Origin: Lophium mytilinum
Lineage: Eukaryota
Assembly: GCA_010093605.1 (NCBI GenBank)
Contig: MU004188.1
Coordinates: forward strand, 1,181,673-1,245,672
DNA length: 64,000 nucleotides
Direction: 5' to 3'
Numbering within the stretch: position 1 is the stretch's first letter; the number at the start of each line of letters is the position of its first letter. A model generated the notes under the pieces. That model was not told where the DNA came from, did no database searches, and saw only the letters and a list, made by a program, of their open reading frames with translations. This document shows, in pieces, positions 1 to 13,253 of the stretch. The translations under genes and the position numbers were made by a program.

Positions 1-2528
1 GCATCCAAATCAAACCCACCCCAATTGACCACATCCTCCAACCACTTCGCACACTCCGTCAACTCCTCCTTCTTCAGCGCTGGATCCTGCCCACCCAGCT
101 CCACATCGCGCCACAAGCACGCCGCCATCTCATAATGCGCGCACGGCGCCGTCCAATTATCCTTATTCCCGCCCTTGAAAACCGCACGGTCATGGCTCAA
201 CACCTCGGCCTTCAACACCTCCCTCGCCTTATCAGTCTGATCAAGCGCACGATACGTTGCCGCTCTCAGCAACGCAAGGATGGCCTTCTCATCCCTCCCT
301 TCTTTGTCCCAGAAGGTGTTCTCGCTGCTTTCCGACCACGCTAGACGCTGCATACTGACCTCTAGGTGTTCGGGGCGCATACGCTTGTAGCCGTTCCAGA
401 AGTAGATCATTTCTTCTAGTGGGGAGACGCCGATGGCGTCGATGAGGTCGCAGTTCCATTCCGCGGCGCGCTGTTCCCATTTCTGGATCTTGCGGTTGAC
501 AAAGGTGTCGAAGGGGAGTTGGCGGGCCATGAAGCGCTTTTTGCCTGTGTTCTTCGTGACGAGGGCGAGGAAATCGCGCGCGAGGGTTGCTTGGCGTTTC
601 TGTGGAAGTTAGATGACAGTATTTGAGGGAGGGGAAAGGTATGCCTACAGCCTCTTCAGGGTTTGTGGATTTGTTGAGTCGATAAAGTTCAACGTGCGCG
701 GCGCCGCAGATGTAGTAATATAGACCATGAGACCAGTTGTTCAGCTCGACGCACTGTCAATTGTTAACATTGTATCATTGGACGAGGATCGTAGAAAGTG
801 AGGTATACTTTTTGAAATGCTTTTGAGCAATCCTCATAACCATGCAGGTACATAGTGTTCAGACTCCTCTCAAACCACTGCAACGCCTCAAGCTGCTTTA
901 GCGGACTCTCGCCACATTTGGCTTGATATTCTACTGCGTCTTCGAGCCGCTTCTCAGTCGCCATCATGCGTGCCTCTTCAATCAGCCAAAGATGGCTTTT
1001 GGGGTATTGCACCCGCATCTCAGCCAGCAGCGCCTTACACTTCGGTCTCGGGTAGCTTCCCTCGCCACTTTGAGGGATGATGTCACAGAAGCCATTCAGG
1101 CCGTTGTAGTATCCGAATAGAACCAGTCCAGCCATAGCACCATTGATGTTGTTGAATTTGGACGCTTGCCACAGCATTTGAATCCCGCGCTCGCGGTCAC
1201 CCTTGAAGCCAACGATCTTGAGGAGCATGGCGAACGCAGGGGGGACGAGTGAAATTATGAGCATAAGGACGCCGAAGCAGAAGTTGGAAGCGGAGACGAT
1301 GAACGTGTCTACAGGATGCGTGCCAAAGGCTGTGATGTCTTGTGTTTCCTTGATAGTGTCTTGGAGAGTCAATTTCTCGAAGTCATCGCTGGCTGACGAA
1401 GGGCTGTAAGGTGGTGCATCAGAGGTGGCGCTAGAGGACTGGTATGGACTCTTCGATGAAGTGTCGATTTCTATGGTTTTCCCGTCCGCTGTTTCTACAG
1501 CGAGATGCCCAATATACTCTTTTGGCGTCGGAAGATCGGGGTGAGCTTCATCAGCGTCGACAAACTCGTCGTCGCCTTCGATAGCCGTCAACTTTTCTTT
1601 CTCAGGCTCCTTTGAAAGGTTGGAATATATAGTAGTGGAGGACAAACGCGGATTCGCGCTGGGAACAGCTGACGTCCTTGTCTTTCCCGTCTCTGTCTTA
1701 CTTGTTGAAAGCCTCGGCGAGGGCATACTGCTCGTCGTACTCCCGGTGGTAGTGGTATCAACACTACTCGTACTTCTATCGTTGATGTACCTCCTTTCGG
1801 CCGCCATGACCCCCTCTAGCGTCAGATATGCCTTTCTTAGCTTATAAAAGCCTTTTATGCTCTCTGTCAAACTTTCATTCAGCACACCAACGACTGCGCT
1901 CATCAATTGGGCTTGTGCAAGACAAACGGCGTATTCGGCTCCAGGCGGATATATGGGCGAGCGGTACGTGTGTGGCTCTCGATGAGCCTTTCGCTGGTGC
2001 TCGTACGCACTGTTCTCGGCTTCATTGAGGGCCTCGGACGCTACAATCACATCATTTATACGGTGATCTAGTCGTATATAAGAGGCTTAAAGTACCTGCG
2101 CGCATGACTTCTGGTTCGAAGCCTAGGGTTGCTCGCATGAAGATTATCACGCCTTTTCCGAGCTAGAACAGGGTCATTTCTCAGTTCGAATTCGATTTGG
2201 AATCTCCTGAAAGCATTTCGAGAGCATTCGCACCTTATGGAATGAAGAGCTGCCTTGATCTAGCCCAGCTTCGGCACCATCCACATCATCGTTCATGATT
2301 AAGGATACAGCTTCAAGCGGACCGTATTAGCATGCGCGGTTTGAAAGTGGGCATATTGAGAGCACTGGCATACCAGCCAAGGCATCTTGAACTGATTTAT
2401 TCAATTAGCATTCAGTCATTGTGGCTGAAGTGAGCACGCGACTAACTCTGAGCCTGCTCATCCAGCGCACTGAGAGACTGCGTGGAGCCAAACGGCTTCT
2501 TCGAGCCTCCCAGCCATCCCTTCAGCAT
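1..2528 (-). CDS. IML2: IML2/TTC39-family protein (multi-exon; C-terminus runs off the window start)
   Basis: ATG at 2528 gives [25 protein letters not shown]. The main exon (ORF 764-2050) has [42 protein letters not shown] and GFKGDRERG. The frame is still open at base 1 (..[17 protein letters not shown]). Confidence 0.85.
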
Positions 2529-2949
2529 CTTGCTCCTCTAACTGGCGAGTGTACGCGTCTACTTCGCAGGGGCGTAGAAACAAGCAGATAATGCAGACGG
2601 GAGCAGTCGACCCCACCTGAAAGCAATTGAAGTAGTAGAAAAGAGCACAATAAACCAACTTGCAGGCAGCGAGAAGAGAAGAGAAATGAACACAGCTGGG
2701 TAGCAACTTAGCAGCCTAGCAATGCTATGCACTTCGTAAGCAAGACAACACGCCTCCTCCGTTCCGCGTCTTCCATGTGATGACGTTCGGGCGAAGCGCA
2801 ACGGAGAAACCGCGGCCGAAAACGGCATCCCTGCCATTGCGACTCTCCCCTGATACCTATTCACTGTTCGCTACCTTCGTTCTTTAACCGCGCCTTTATC
2901 TCCATACAACCCCGAACCCCGACACCTCACACACACTCCAATATACAAC

Positions 2950-3427
2950 ATGGCCGCCTCAGCTCCAGGTGCCGCGAGCACCTCGAAAGCCGTTGCCAGC
3001 GACGCGAAGGACGGCGACACCAAGGACGTCCAGAAGCCCATCGCCGCGCTGGAGGAAGACGACGAGTTCGAGGACTTTCCCGTTGAAGGTGCGCCGCGAG
3101 CCTCTTTCGCCAACAATATGCCTTTCACATAGAGGACGAATTATATCAGAGGAACGAAGCTGACTGGACTCGCTGAACAGACTGGACCGAAGAAGACACA
3201 CAGCTGCCCGGCGGCAACACGCATCTCTGGGAAGAGAGCTGGGACGACGATGACACGAACGACGAGTTCTCGGTGCAGCTGAAGTAGGTTGGCAACATAT
3301 TTTTAATCACATTCGGATTCGACAGCCTGAAACCACACGCCTTCTCTTCCGCTTTGTATTCCCACTTATAGCTTTGCGAAGCTAATACGTATACAGGGAG
3401 GAACTGAAGCGTGTTGGAAAGAAATGA
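2950..3427 (+). CDS. SEM1: 26S proteasome lid subunit Sem1/DSS1 (3 exons)
   Basis: LEEDDEFEDFPVE, then DWTEEDT..HLWEESWDDDDTNDEFSVQL, then EELKRVGKK and TGA at 3425-3427. Two GT-AG introns. Confidence 0.95.
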
Positions 3428-3760
3428 TCCGCGAAATCATAAACAAGATACCTCGAAAATGGAGCCGGGCGGTATCATGGGCGTTTTGGGGCGCTGACAG
3501 GCGAGCGCTGTAATTAGACATTGCATGTGGTGTCTAGCTTTGAGGCTTGAGAAGGCATGAGAGCAGACCGGCTTCACGGGATGCCTTTTGCATATCAAGA
3601 CAGCTACACTGCGAAGTGAAAGCTACAACACGGAATGGATGGAGAGATATTTATTTCCATTTTCGCTCGACTCAAAGAGAACTAAGATACAATCACAGCC
3701 TCGAAACCGTCACGTCTCAGTCTATTTCAGCGCATTTCCGTGACCGAGTTCTACCGTGAT

Positions 3761-5167
3761 CTACTTACTCGATAGAGCAGAGACACCTGGCAGATCCTTG
3801 CCCTCCAGCAGCTCGAGCGATGCTCCGCCACCGGTCGAGACATGGCTGAGCTTGTCCTCGACGCCGTACTTAGCAGCCACGGTAGCTGTGTCACCACCGC
3901 CGATGATGACAATCTTTCCGCTCTGCGCCGCCGAAACAGCCGCGTCCATCGTAGCCCGCGTGCCCTTGGCGAAAGCCTCGAACTCGAACACACCCGGGGG
4001 ACCGTTCCAGAGGATGGTCTTCGCCTCGTCAATGGTCTCCTTGTACAGCGCAATACTCTTGTCACCGCAGTCCAGACCCATCCAGCCATCTGGGATGCCG
4101 TCCTCATCTGTAGCATAGCCAGTCTTTGCGTCTTTGGAGAAGCTATCCGCAGTAATATAGTCGTTGGGTAGAACAATCTTGACGTTGTTCTTCTTAGCCT
4201 TTTCCACGAGATCACCGACGGTCTTGCTCCCGGCTTCGTCAAACAAGCTGTTGCCGATCTTGACGCCCTCGAGCGTCTTCTTGAATGTGAACGCCATGCC
4301 ACCGCAGATGATGAGGCTGTCGACCTTGCCGAGCAGGTTGTCGATAAGCTGAATCTTGTCAGACACCTTTGCACCACCGAGAATGGCGAGGAACGGCCGC
4401 GCGGGGTTCTCGAGAGCTTTGGCAAAGTACTCCAGCTCCTTCTTCATGAGGAAACCGGAGGCCTTCTGCGGCAGGTCAACGCCGACCATGGAGCTGTGAG
4501 CGCGGTGAGCAGTGCCGAAAGCATCGTCTGTTACATGTCAGCCCATTGTCTTCCGACAGTTATGGCTCCCAGGTTTTCTCACTGATGAAAATGTCTCCCA
4601 GCGCGGTCAAGCCCTTCCTGAACTCCTCCACCGCAGCCTTGTCCGCCTTGACCTTCTTTCCGTCCGCGTCCTTGCTGCTGCCCTCCTCCTCAGCGTGGAA
4701 TCGGAGGTTCTCCAGCAGGATCACCTGTCCGTCACTAGCCTTGTTCACGGTCTCCTCGACCTCCTTCCCTACGCAATCGTCCGTGAAGATAACCTTCTTG
4801 CCAAGCAGCTTCTCCAATTCTGGAACCACAGGGGCGAGCGAGTATTTCGAGTTCTTCTTGCCGTCGGGACGGCCGAGGTGGGACATAAGAATCACGGCTT
4901 TGGCGCCTTTTTCGACGGCATATTTGATGGTGGGCAGGGCCCCCACGATACGCTGGTTGTTGGTGATGTGCTTCTCCCCGTCGAGAGGGACGTTGAAGTC
5001 AACCTAGTGGAGGCAGGTTTTATTAGTTAAAGTAGAACTGACATTGAGTGGCCGGAATCATTTCAGGTTAAAACAATGGGGCTTGTGATTCAATTGCTTA
5101 CTCGGATGAGCACACGCTTCCCGGCGACGTCGACGTCGGTGATGGAGAGCTTGTTGGAGAGAGACAT
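3761..5167 (-). CDS. PGK1: Phosphoglycerate kinase (3 exons)
   Basis: [64 protein letters not shown] and [15 protein letters not shown]. Confidence 0.98.
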
Positions 5168-5868
5168 GTTGAGTGGATGGTTGAATGCAGTACTACAGTT
5201 ATCCCAATTAGCACCTGTTATTCAATGGTGGAAGGCTCTTATAAGGGAATTGATGTTGAATAATGTACTCACCAAGAAGGTTTAGCTCAAAGGGTTGTTG
5301 AGTTGTTGCTGAGCTGATTGTTTTATGGAGGGGTATTCTCGTCACCCCACTAGCAGTACGTCAAGTCCCGGCCGCGCGCGAGCGATTTATTGCTTCCTTA
5401 TCCGAAAAGCAAAGTAACACTGCTGTCTCTAGGGCTACCACTCTGTAACGTGTTGGACAGATTCTTTTACGTTGCTTGGATAGGATTTTCACGACAGAGG
5501 GATTCGGGGGATTATAGCACGTATAGAACAGACGATAATGCGGTCGACGGGCTCCGTGCATGCCCGAGGTCATCGGAACGTGTCCCAGAGTTTAATATAC
5601 TTCACGTGCACTGAAAGGATCAAGTCTGAAACGGCATCAAAGTGTCATAGGTGTCATTTTTCCTGCTGCGAGTGAAAAGCAAGTCCGGCCTCCCACCTAG
5701 AACGCAAAAGCATGCAAGTGCCAAAGCAAATGCTCCAATACGCCGTCAGAATATTCAAAGAATGCTAGGCGCCCGGCGCATGTACCCTCCAATGCCCTGG
5801 TATGCCCATGGAAAACGAGTCTTTATTCACAGGTGAGAAAAGGAAATTCGTATTGTGGAGTTGTAGGT

Positions 5869-6931
5869 CTACGCGTCGTCGGACGAGTTTGTGAGAGATA
5901 GGTAGGCTGTCCAGGCAATGCCGACTGTAGAGACAAAGGGCTGTTCACAACACGTTAGTGTTGGGTAGAAGAAATCTGCGGATAGTGAAACCTACGATCT
6001 GGAACTGGATGGGCATGACTCGGAAGTTGAGAATCTGTACGGCTGGCCAGACGATGAAGTTGGCTTTCAGGGCTGGAACATAGACATCTTGGAATTTGCG
6101 GGCGACTGCACGCTTTCCGCCTCCCTCTGCAACGGTCATGAATGTGAAGAAACATGCGAGACCTGTGTGACGTTAGGCATCTTATCCCATACTTTCTCCG
6201 ATGAAAAACATACCAACTGGAGCGAACAGGAATTGATCAAACGCAACTCTTTTCATAGCAGGCACCATAGCGGAGGTCTTGCTGATTGGAAACGTCCTGG
6301 AAAGGAACGCGAACCATTTATGTTGGACTGGTGCCATCAAGAAGCCGTATGCCATGAATCGGGTGAGGCGCTCGAAATCGAACGGAGGCGGTAGTCGCTT
6401 TGAATCGGGGAGGATTTCGCTCGCAGGCCATGGGTTCCTCCTGTCCAGCTCGTGAATTTCGATAGCTAGGAAGTCATCTTTGCCCAGTCCACCCTCTTTC
6501 CGGACCGCACGCTGCCTGATTGCAGTCAAAGACTGAGCTACTGTGTCCGCAATGCCGCCCAGAACCTGCGATTTGTATCAGTATTGGTGTTGACGGTGGA
6601 CGAAGGGGTGTCGGGCGTGAAAGACGTACGGCATTGGTGATCATAGTCGTAAGAACTGTGAGGCTCCCGTTAGCGACTGGTCCATCTATTCTGGCGACGT
6701 AGCATATCTTACCTGGCTTGCTGGCATAGTAAGAGTTGAACTTGCGCGTGAGGATGGAAACGACGGCCATTTGTATTAGGAACACTGCGGCGTGCAGGAG
6801 GGGCTGTTAGGGAGCGGAGTTGTCAGTAAGGGCAACAAAGTGAAAGGGTAGGTCCAGCTCACGACTTTGCCGTAGATGTAGCGGCTGTTGAGAGCCCGGA
6901 GGAGGCGTTGAAGGGATACGGCTTCGATCAT
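5869..6931 (-). CDS. Mpv17/PMP22-family membrane protein (multi-exon)
   Basis: Spliced reading: MIEAVSLQRLLRALNSRYIYGKV / PLLHAAVFLIQMAVVSILTRKFNSYYASKP / VLTTMITNA ... FDFERLTRFMAYGFLMAPVQHKWF ... KRVAFDQFLFAP ... LKANFIVWPAVQILNF ... WTAYLSLTNSSDDA*. Confidence 0.9.
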
Positions 6932-7460
6932 CTTGCCTGTGCGCTCCCGACGAAGATATGACGTTGAAAGGCGGAAGGGTCGTTTGGCCGGTGGCGCGGC
7001 GCGGCGCACAGAAACTCGAACAAATCGCTGATAAAGGTCCTTCCGTGCCTGACGGTGGTTTCGTAGGTGTGGAGGTCTATCTTCAAGTCTTTGTCTGCAA
7101 GGGACTGGAGGGAGGGCGAGTAGGTAGGTAATACTAGGCGGAGTAGTCCACCGACGTATGACCTGCAGACCTTTGTAACGTACACCGTAGTGGCTAAGCA
7201 TCCTCCATCCTCCGAGCATGGATCTCGCAGACATACCCATAAGGTCTATACACTACGGAACATCATTTTATGATTCTCATTAATAGCTATGCAAGAAGCC
7301 ATCCAAGTTCCTCTTTGTACAGCCGATAGGTAGGGACCGAGATCTAAGTTGTTGCTTTCCTTATAACCATCTATTCCATCCCGCCCCACCATCGTCATCT
7401 CCATCTTCTCTGCATCTTCATCATCTCTGCACAACGAAACTGGTATAAGAGATCTGTTCC

Positions 7461-9359
7461 ATGGTCGATCCAACGAAGTTCCCCATCCAGGGCCGACCTT
7501 ACCGATCGCATAAAGTACCTGCCTGTAGAAGATGTCGAGCTCGTAAGATTCGGTGTCACATCGATATCCCCAGCCAGCCGTGCCTTTCCTGTCGAGAAAG
7601 GCGTCTGACCTGTCAATATACGGAATCGCAGACACAAGCCGTCTTTGATGAAGATGGCAGCTCAGAACGTACTGATGGGCGCTCGAAGAGACCACGCCTG
7701 AGCAACGCTGATGAAGTCGAGAACACAGCACCCTCGTACTCAGCTCCAAAAGCTTTAGTGGACTCATCTGACAGTTCTTCTATCATTGTCGGCCCAACAA
7801 TCGCAGAAGATGTACAGATCCTGCAGAGACACATCTCACATCGTAGGCTGGGCCAGAGTCAATCCGAATCTTACCAGTCGATATCACATGACATCGATCA
7901 CCCGATACTCTACTTCTCCGTTCCTAGATGTCGTACTGGTCTCCCACTCCCCGATGCGGGTAAAACTCAGCCTGAGATCATAATACAGGTCCTAGCACCT
8001 TTCAAGCGCGAGGTCATTGCACTATATTCCGACTTCGTTCATCCCCATTTCCCTATTCTAAATGATGAGACATGCTCTGTTCTGCGCAATTACCAAAGTG
8101 GAAAGATCTCTCCGGCTTTGATGTGCTGTGTGTATGCTATTGCCACACCAAATTGGAAGAACTCAACGACTCTGAAATTACACCCCAAACCGGACACCCA
8201 TTTTCTCTGGAACAAATCTGTCTGCGCTCTCCTGGACGACTTCATTAGCCCAAGCCTCGCGACTATATCCACCTCAGTCCTTGATCTAATTGGTCGTCCT
8301 TCCGAGACGATAGTTGGAAACAGCACCCTCTGCGGACGCACTATTGCTCTAGCTCAAAGCTTCGGTCTTCATCGGGATCCGTCTGATTGGAAAATTCGAG
8401 AGGATGAGAAGACAACTCGTATCCGATTATGGTGGGGTGTGCTGATCAATGACTATTGGCCTAGCATTTCATATGGATGTCCACCTCATATAAGCAGAAG
8501 CTTTTATGACGTTCCCGTACCCCTCGTGGCATTACTTGTTTCGTCGAAGGCAACATTGTCCCAGAAACACGCGTCCGCTTGCTTCACCCACCTATGCTGT
8601 CTAACACAGCTACTTGGAGACATTTTGCCCCTAGTGTACGCACTCCGACCCCGCCCACTGGAGCTTTTGCGAAGCGTGGACAGGCTCAAAGCCGATTTGA
8701 ATAATGTTGAAGTGAAACTACCAGGCCGGCTCCCTGCATCTGGCCGTCCGGGTGCTAGTAACCTATGGTTTTGATTCCTTTCCATCAAGTTGCTGCTCAG
8801 TCGTTTAGCCCTGCGAGCGGAGATTTTGGTTGGCACTTCAGCTGACCCAAACTCGGAAAACGACCGACTTCATGAGCTACGTGCATCCTCATCAGCTGTC
8901 GTTGAGTTTGTGTTGGGCTTGAAAGAAAGCCACTTTCAAGACTTCTGGCTTCCCTACACTGCACATATGTTGGTCCTTGCCACAATGATCTCACTGCGCT
9001 GCACTGTGGAAACGAAGGAAGCGGATTTAAAAAATGCATCCATATCTCGTCTGGAACAATTCATCGCACATATTCAGCACGCTCGAGACCAATACGACTG
9101 GGACATCGCAGATGTCTGCCTAGAGCGATGTTCAGAATCGGTGATGAAGATGGCCTCATTGATGGCCCAGGAAGTCCAAGCAGCTTCGGATTCCGCAATA
9201 TCTACCTCCAATGAGGCTGGAACTGAAGAGGTTCAATTGAATGCCCTGGACGCTGACTCTTCTCTCCTTTTTTCTAACTCGTTCGATCCGGCTGTCTTCG
9301 ATTTCTCATGGGACGCCCTTTGGGACACTCCATCTGGGCTATCAAACTTCAATGTTTGA
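7461..9359 (+). pseudogene. Zn(II)2Cys6 fungal transcription factor with one in-frame TGA at 8772-8774 (nonsense allele, pseudogene or sequencing error)
   Basis: Zinc cluster CRRCRARKIRCHIDIPSQPCLSCRERRLTC and middle homology region (VHPHFPIL, AQSFGLHRDP, RIRLWWGVLIND). ORFs 7461-8774 and 8790-9359 share a frame: NLWF*FLSIKLLLSRLAL. Confidence 0.8.
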
Positions 9360-9553
9360 CTATGAAACAACCCGTCACAGATCCTTGTACACTTGTCTGC
9401 CGCTGCGTGAAGTTCCCCGGTACACTTTGAACAGTTTGAACTGCGTTGATTCGAGCAATTTCTTGGAGCCCCATGAAAAGTAGCGGAATTGCACGAGTCT
9501 CTCTGGTAAGGCAATGCAATTTTAATATGACTCATTTTGCCTGGCGTCGAGAC

Positions 9554-10980
9554 TCAAAGATTAGGACTAATTAGACCCGAAGAGAGCTGATACAGCGGCA
9601 GTGTCCCCTCCGTCAACGCAAACGCCTTCTCCATAATCTCCAGTCCCTCCTCGAGTTCCTCCTCTGTGATCGTAATCGGAGGCGCAATTCTGAATACTCC
9701 AGAGAAGCTCTGCATAGTCCCAAGCTGCGCCCAAAGACCCAGCTCCGTCATTTGTCTCCCAATCCTGTCGCCAAGTTCCAGACCTGGTTCCTTAGTCGCT
9801 CTATCGACTACGATCTCAACTCCAGCCATCAGACCGCGACCCCGAACATCACCAATGCAGCCATACCGTTGCTGAAGACGGAGCAAGCCAACGTTCAGTA
9901 ATTTGCCCAGCTCACGGGATCTTTCGACCAGACCATCACGGACGACGATCTCGAGGACTTTGTCGCCAACTGAGGCTGGGAGTGGGTCGTTGATGTGGGT
10001 GGTGTAGAACGTATAGTGGTGCTCCTTTGCAAACTCCGCAATCTTGTCACTCGTCATGACCGCACTGAGGGGCAGTCCATTGCCCATTGTCTTCGAAAGC
10101 GTCAAGATATCGGGAACCACTCCATCGCCATCATGCTGGAAGGCGAACATATCGCCAGCTCTTCCAATCGCCGTCTGTGCCTCATCAACAATCAGAAGCA
10201 TATCTCGCCTCTCGCAGTGCTCTTTCAGCGCCTTCAGATACCCCCGAGGAAGCTCATGCATACCCCCAGAAGACAGGATCGGCTCAACGATAACAGCAGC
10301 AAGCGACCCACAAGTCTGGCGATCGATGAGGGAGAAGCCGTAATCGAGCTCCGTCTTCCAGTCATACGAACCATCGGGATGGCGGAAGATAGATCGATAT
10401 GCGTTCGGAGCTTGAAGAACGAAGTTACCCGGGTACTGCAACAGTCACCATTCGCTCTGCTGTTAGATTATAGAAGAGGGAGACCTACAGGAGGCCCATA
10501 CCCCGCCCGATTGGAATGATACTGCGCCCCGTTCGCCGCACCCACCATCCCATGCCAACTCGCACTGAGCCCCACAACTTCATACTTCCCGGTATAGAAC
10601 TTCGCCAGGCGGAGCGCAGCCTCGTTGCTTTCGCCCCCCGTGCTCAGGAAGAAGGCTTTGTCTAGCCCCTTTGGCGTGAGACTCGTCAATCGCATGGCTA
10701 GGGAGATGGGTGGGGGCGAGAGCATGCCGCTGAATAGGTGGTCGAGGGATGCAGCGTGCTCCGAGATGACCTTCACGATCTCGGGATTGCCGTGCCCGAT
10801 GAGGCACGACATTTGGCCCGACGTCCAGTCGAGCATGCGATGGCCGATGGCCGTGTAGATGTAGACACCGCGAGCGTGGGTGATGATGTCTTTGTGGAAT
10901 TCGGAGCCGTAGGTGAGGAGGGACGAGGTGGCATCAGCTTGAAGCTTAGATTGGTCGATGTTAGTGTAGAGGTGTGCCAT
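9554..10980 (-). CDS. dgdA: 2,2-dialkylglycine decarboxylase (PLP class-III aminotransferase family); one intron 10436-10488
   Basis: LDWTSGQMS, LDHLFSGMLS, LSTGGESNEAA, SWHGM, ELDYGFSLIDRQ, EPILSSGG, DEAQT, PDILTLSKT (PLP lysine), FYTTHINDPLPA and GVFRIAPP. These match, from memory, the Burkholderia cepacia DGD. Confidence 0.88.
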
Positions 10981-11109
10981 AGTCTCGGTTTTAGTGTTGT
11001 TATGAAGTGATTGAGCGAAGTGTGGTGTTTAGGAAAGATGGAAGACTCTGAGAGCTGGATGAGATACTTGGCCTCTTTATATCTTGATGTAGGACTATGC
11101 ATGTAGTAC

Positions 11110-11270
11110 AGATAGGAGCTGCGGGCACTGTCGGGAAACTTATGCGGAAAAGAGACGGGGAAGTCACGTGCCTGCTAACTACTGTCCGCATCATTGAGAT
11201 AGATAAGTAGACAAGGTTGCATACTAGGTTCATATATGCACAGCTCGTAGGGCCGTTATGAGTCATCCAA
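11110..11270. promoter_or_regulatory. Putative dgdA upstream regulatory region
   Basis: CGG triplets at 11122, 11132, 11145 and 11156; CACGTG at ~11165; GATA/GATAAG at ~11111 and 11197-11207; ATGAGTCAT (Gcn4/CpcA consensus) at 11258-11266. Confidence 0.4.
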
Positions 11271-11374
11271 ATGGCATTCTTATGGCTAGACGCAACATCA
11301 CTTTTGGACCTCAGTCCAGGTCTTGGGACCAGTGACATGTTTGACCTAGTTCGATCTGTGTATACAACGCCTTT

Positions 11375-13253
11375 CTATTCCTTTGCAATAATGCTGGGCA
11401 AGTCCCTGATATCTGTCGCTTCTTGAGTGGCTAAATCTACAACACGTAGAGCATCTACAGATAAAACACCCGATGCAAGAGCAAGAAACTTGAGCTCAGC
11501 AGTGTAGCATGCCCCGGGACTTAGATGTCTAGAAAAGAGCGTCAGTACGCGCTTTTAGCACCAGTAGATTTTGAACGTACCCTATCCTGACGTCTGTTGT
11601 CAAGCTGACCAGGTCCGCTGGTTCTTGCCTTGCATTCTTTTGTTTCGCATAGACGATGTTGTCATCTACTACAGCTTTGGTCAGAAGCTCGTCTTTCCCT
11701 TGCTGCTTTCCTGTAGAGGATGTAGATGATAGCGGCCTGTGTTTCTCCAGGTCTGATCGTCTGCGTTTTGGAATGACCAACACGGCCAGTTTTCGAGCCT
11801 TGTCTGAGCGATTTACAATGAAGACATCCCAATGGAAAATGCCTCCCACTTTGACTCTTGACGGACCAGATATAGTCAAGCTTATATTGATGTCCTGGGG
11901 CTCTGTTTCTTCAGCTGCGCTGAGATCCCCTTGTGCTGGGGGTAGTGAATCGGGGCCAGGTGGTTTCGATCGTTGAGTGCCTGTAGATCGGCCGAGTGTA
12001 TTGAAGCCTCTGAGTGCAGGATTGGATCCCACAGAGAAATCAACGGTCGTTCTCCAATCTATTGAGAGCTTCGGGCGACAGTCTTCTGAGGCAAGGGCTT
12101 TGGCCGAGATCTTGAGATCCAATTGTTGCACTCCAATCTCCTCCACAGGAGCTCCAACAACTACAGCGTCTGGAATGAGCTTGTAAAGGAGGGTGACTTG
12201 GTCGCCTGGGTTGCAGACTGTAGACTTGGCGTCCCCATATGGTTCCACATGACCTCCTTGCAAGACAAGTTCTACGGAGTCAATAGCTACACTACAGCTT
12301 GTGATATGCGCAATTTCGAGGTCCAGGGAGGCAATCACAGCAGTGTCCTTCAGTGAGGATTGCCACCGGGAGTACCGTATCCTCCATATTAGCGCAGGGA
12401 CCACTTTGAAAAGACGACGTTGTCCGCTTCTGACAGGCCGCATCAGCTCTCTTGCTATGGGGGCCGTCGGCGCAACCTTGCTTATTCGCATGGCTGAAAG
12501 ATGGGGCACAACACCTTCCAACCCCGGCTCGTCGCGGAAGGACTGAAGGAGATTGAGTGCGGTTGGAACTTTGCTTGGAAGATATTCATCTTGAATGACG
12601 GTTTTCTTGATCTTTGCTGGAGGCTTGAGAGATGCTGCTGGTGCAAAATATAAGCCCGGCTTATTTAGTCTTGCTCTTGGGCGGCCTGAGAGTGTAAGCA
12701 GCGAGCTGGGATGTTAAGGGGGTCACTTTACTTATGAATACCTCCACTTTCCAGACAACGTAGATGTGTGTGTTGGCCTCGCTCTCGTGAATGCAGACGA
12801 TGGGATCAAACGAGTCCTTGATGGTTTCTGAATAGAGCAACTCTTTGGTCGGGGGCGTAAATGTTTCGGCCTCAGGATTTGGGGCTGTGTTGACTGCGTA
12901 TAGCTCCAAGTTGATGGCAAGCCTCGACAGGTATGATTTCAGTGTGCTTTCTTCGATTTGAGGTGTCCTCAGCACGACCATCACGGGCAGAAGCTCATCT
13001 ATATGCCTGAAAATGAGTAAGAGAGCTTGCGCAACCAAGTGACAGAAAGTCCATGCTTACCGAACAGAAGGAACTGTCTTTGGGAGACAAAAGGAAGAAT
13101 AGAGCTAGTCTCATCTTCCACGGAGCCGTCCCACGATTGCAGAAGCTCTTCAATATCAACGGACGAGGACGGGGCAAGAACCTCTAGTACAGAGCTCTCC
13201 GCAAATTCTACGCTTCCCCGAGGTCTTTCCTCCGCTGGCTCGACGGTCGACAT
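11375..13253 (-). CDS. TRS65: TRAPP II complex subunit Trs65-like (multi-exon)
   Basis: MSTVEPAEERPRGSVEFAESSVLEVLAP..LPFVSQRQFLLF; VVWKVEVFI; VPALIWRIRYSR; FHWDVFIVNRSDKARKLA; LVSLTTDVRIG..CYTAELKFLALASGVLSVDALRVVDLAT; TAG at 11375-11377. Confidence 0.8.
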
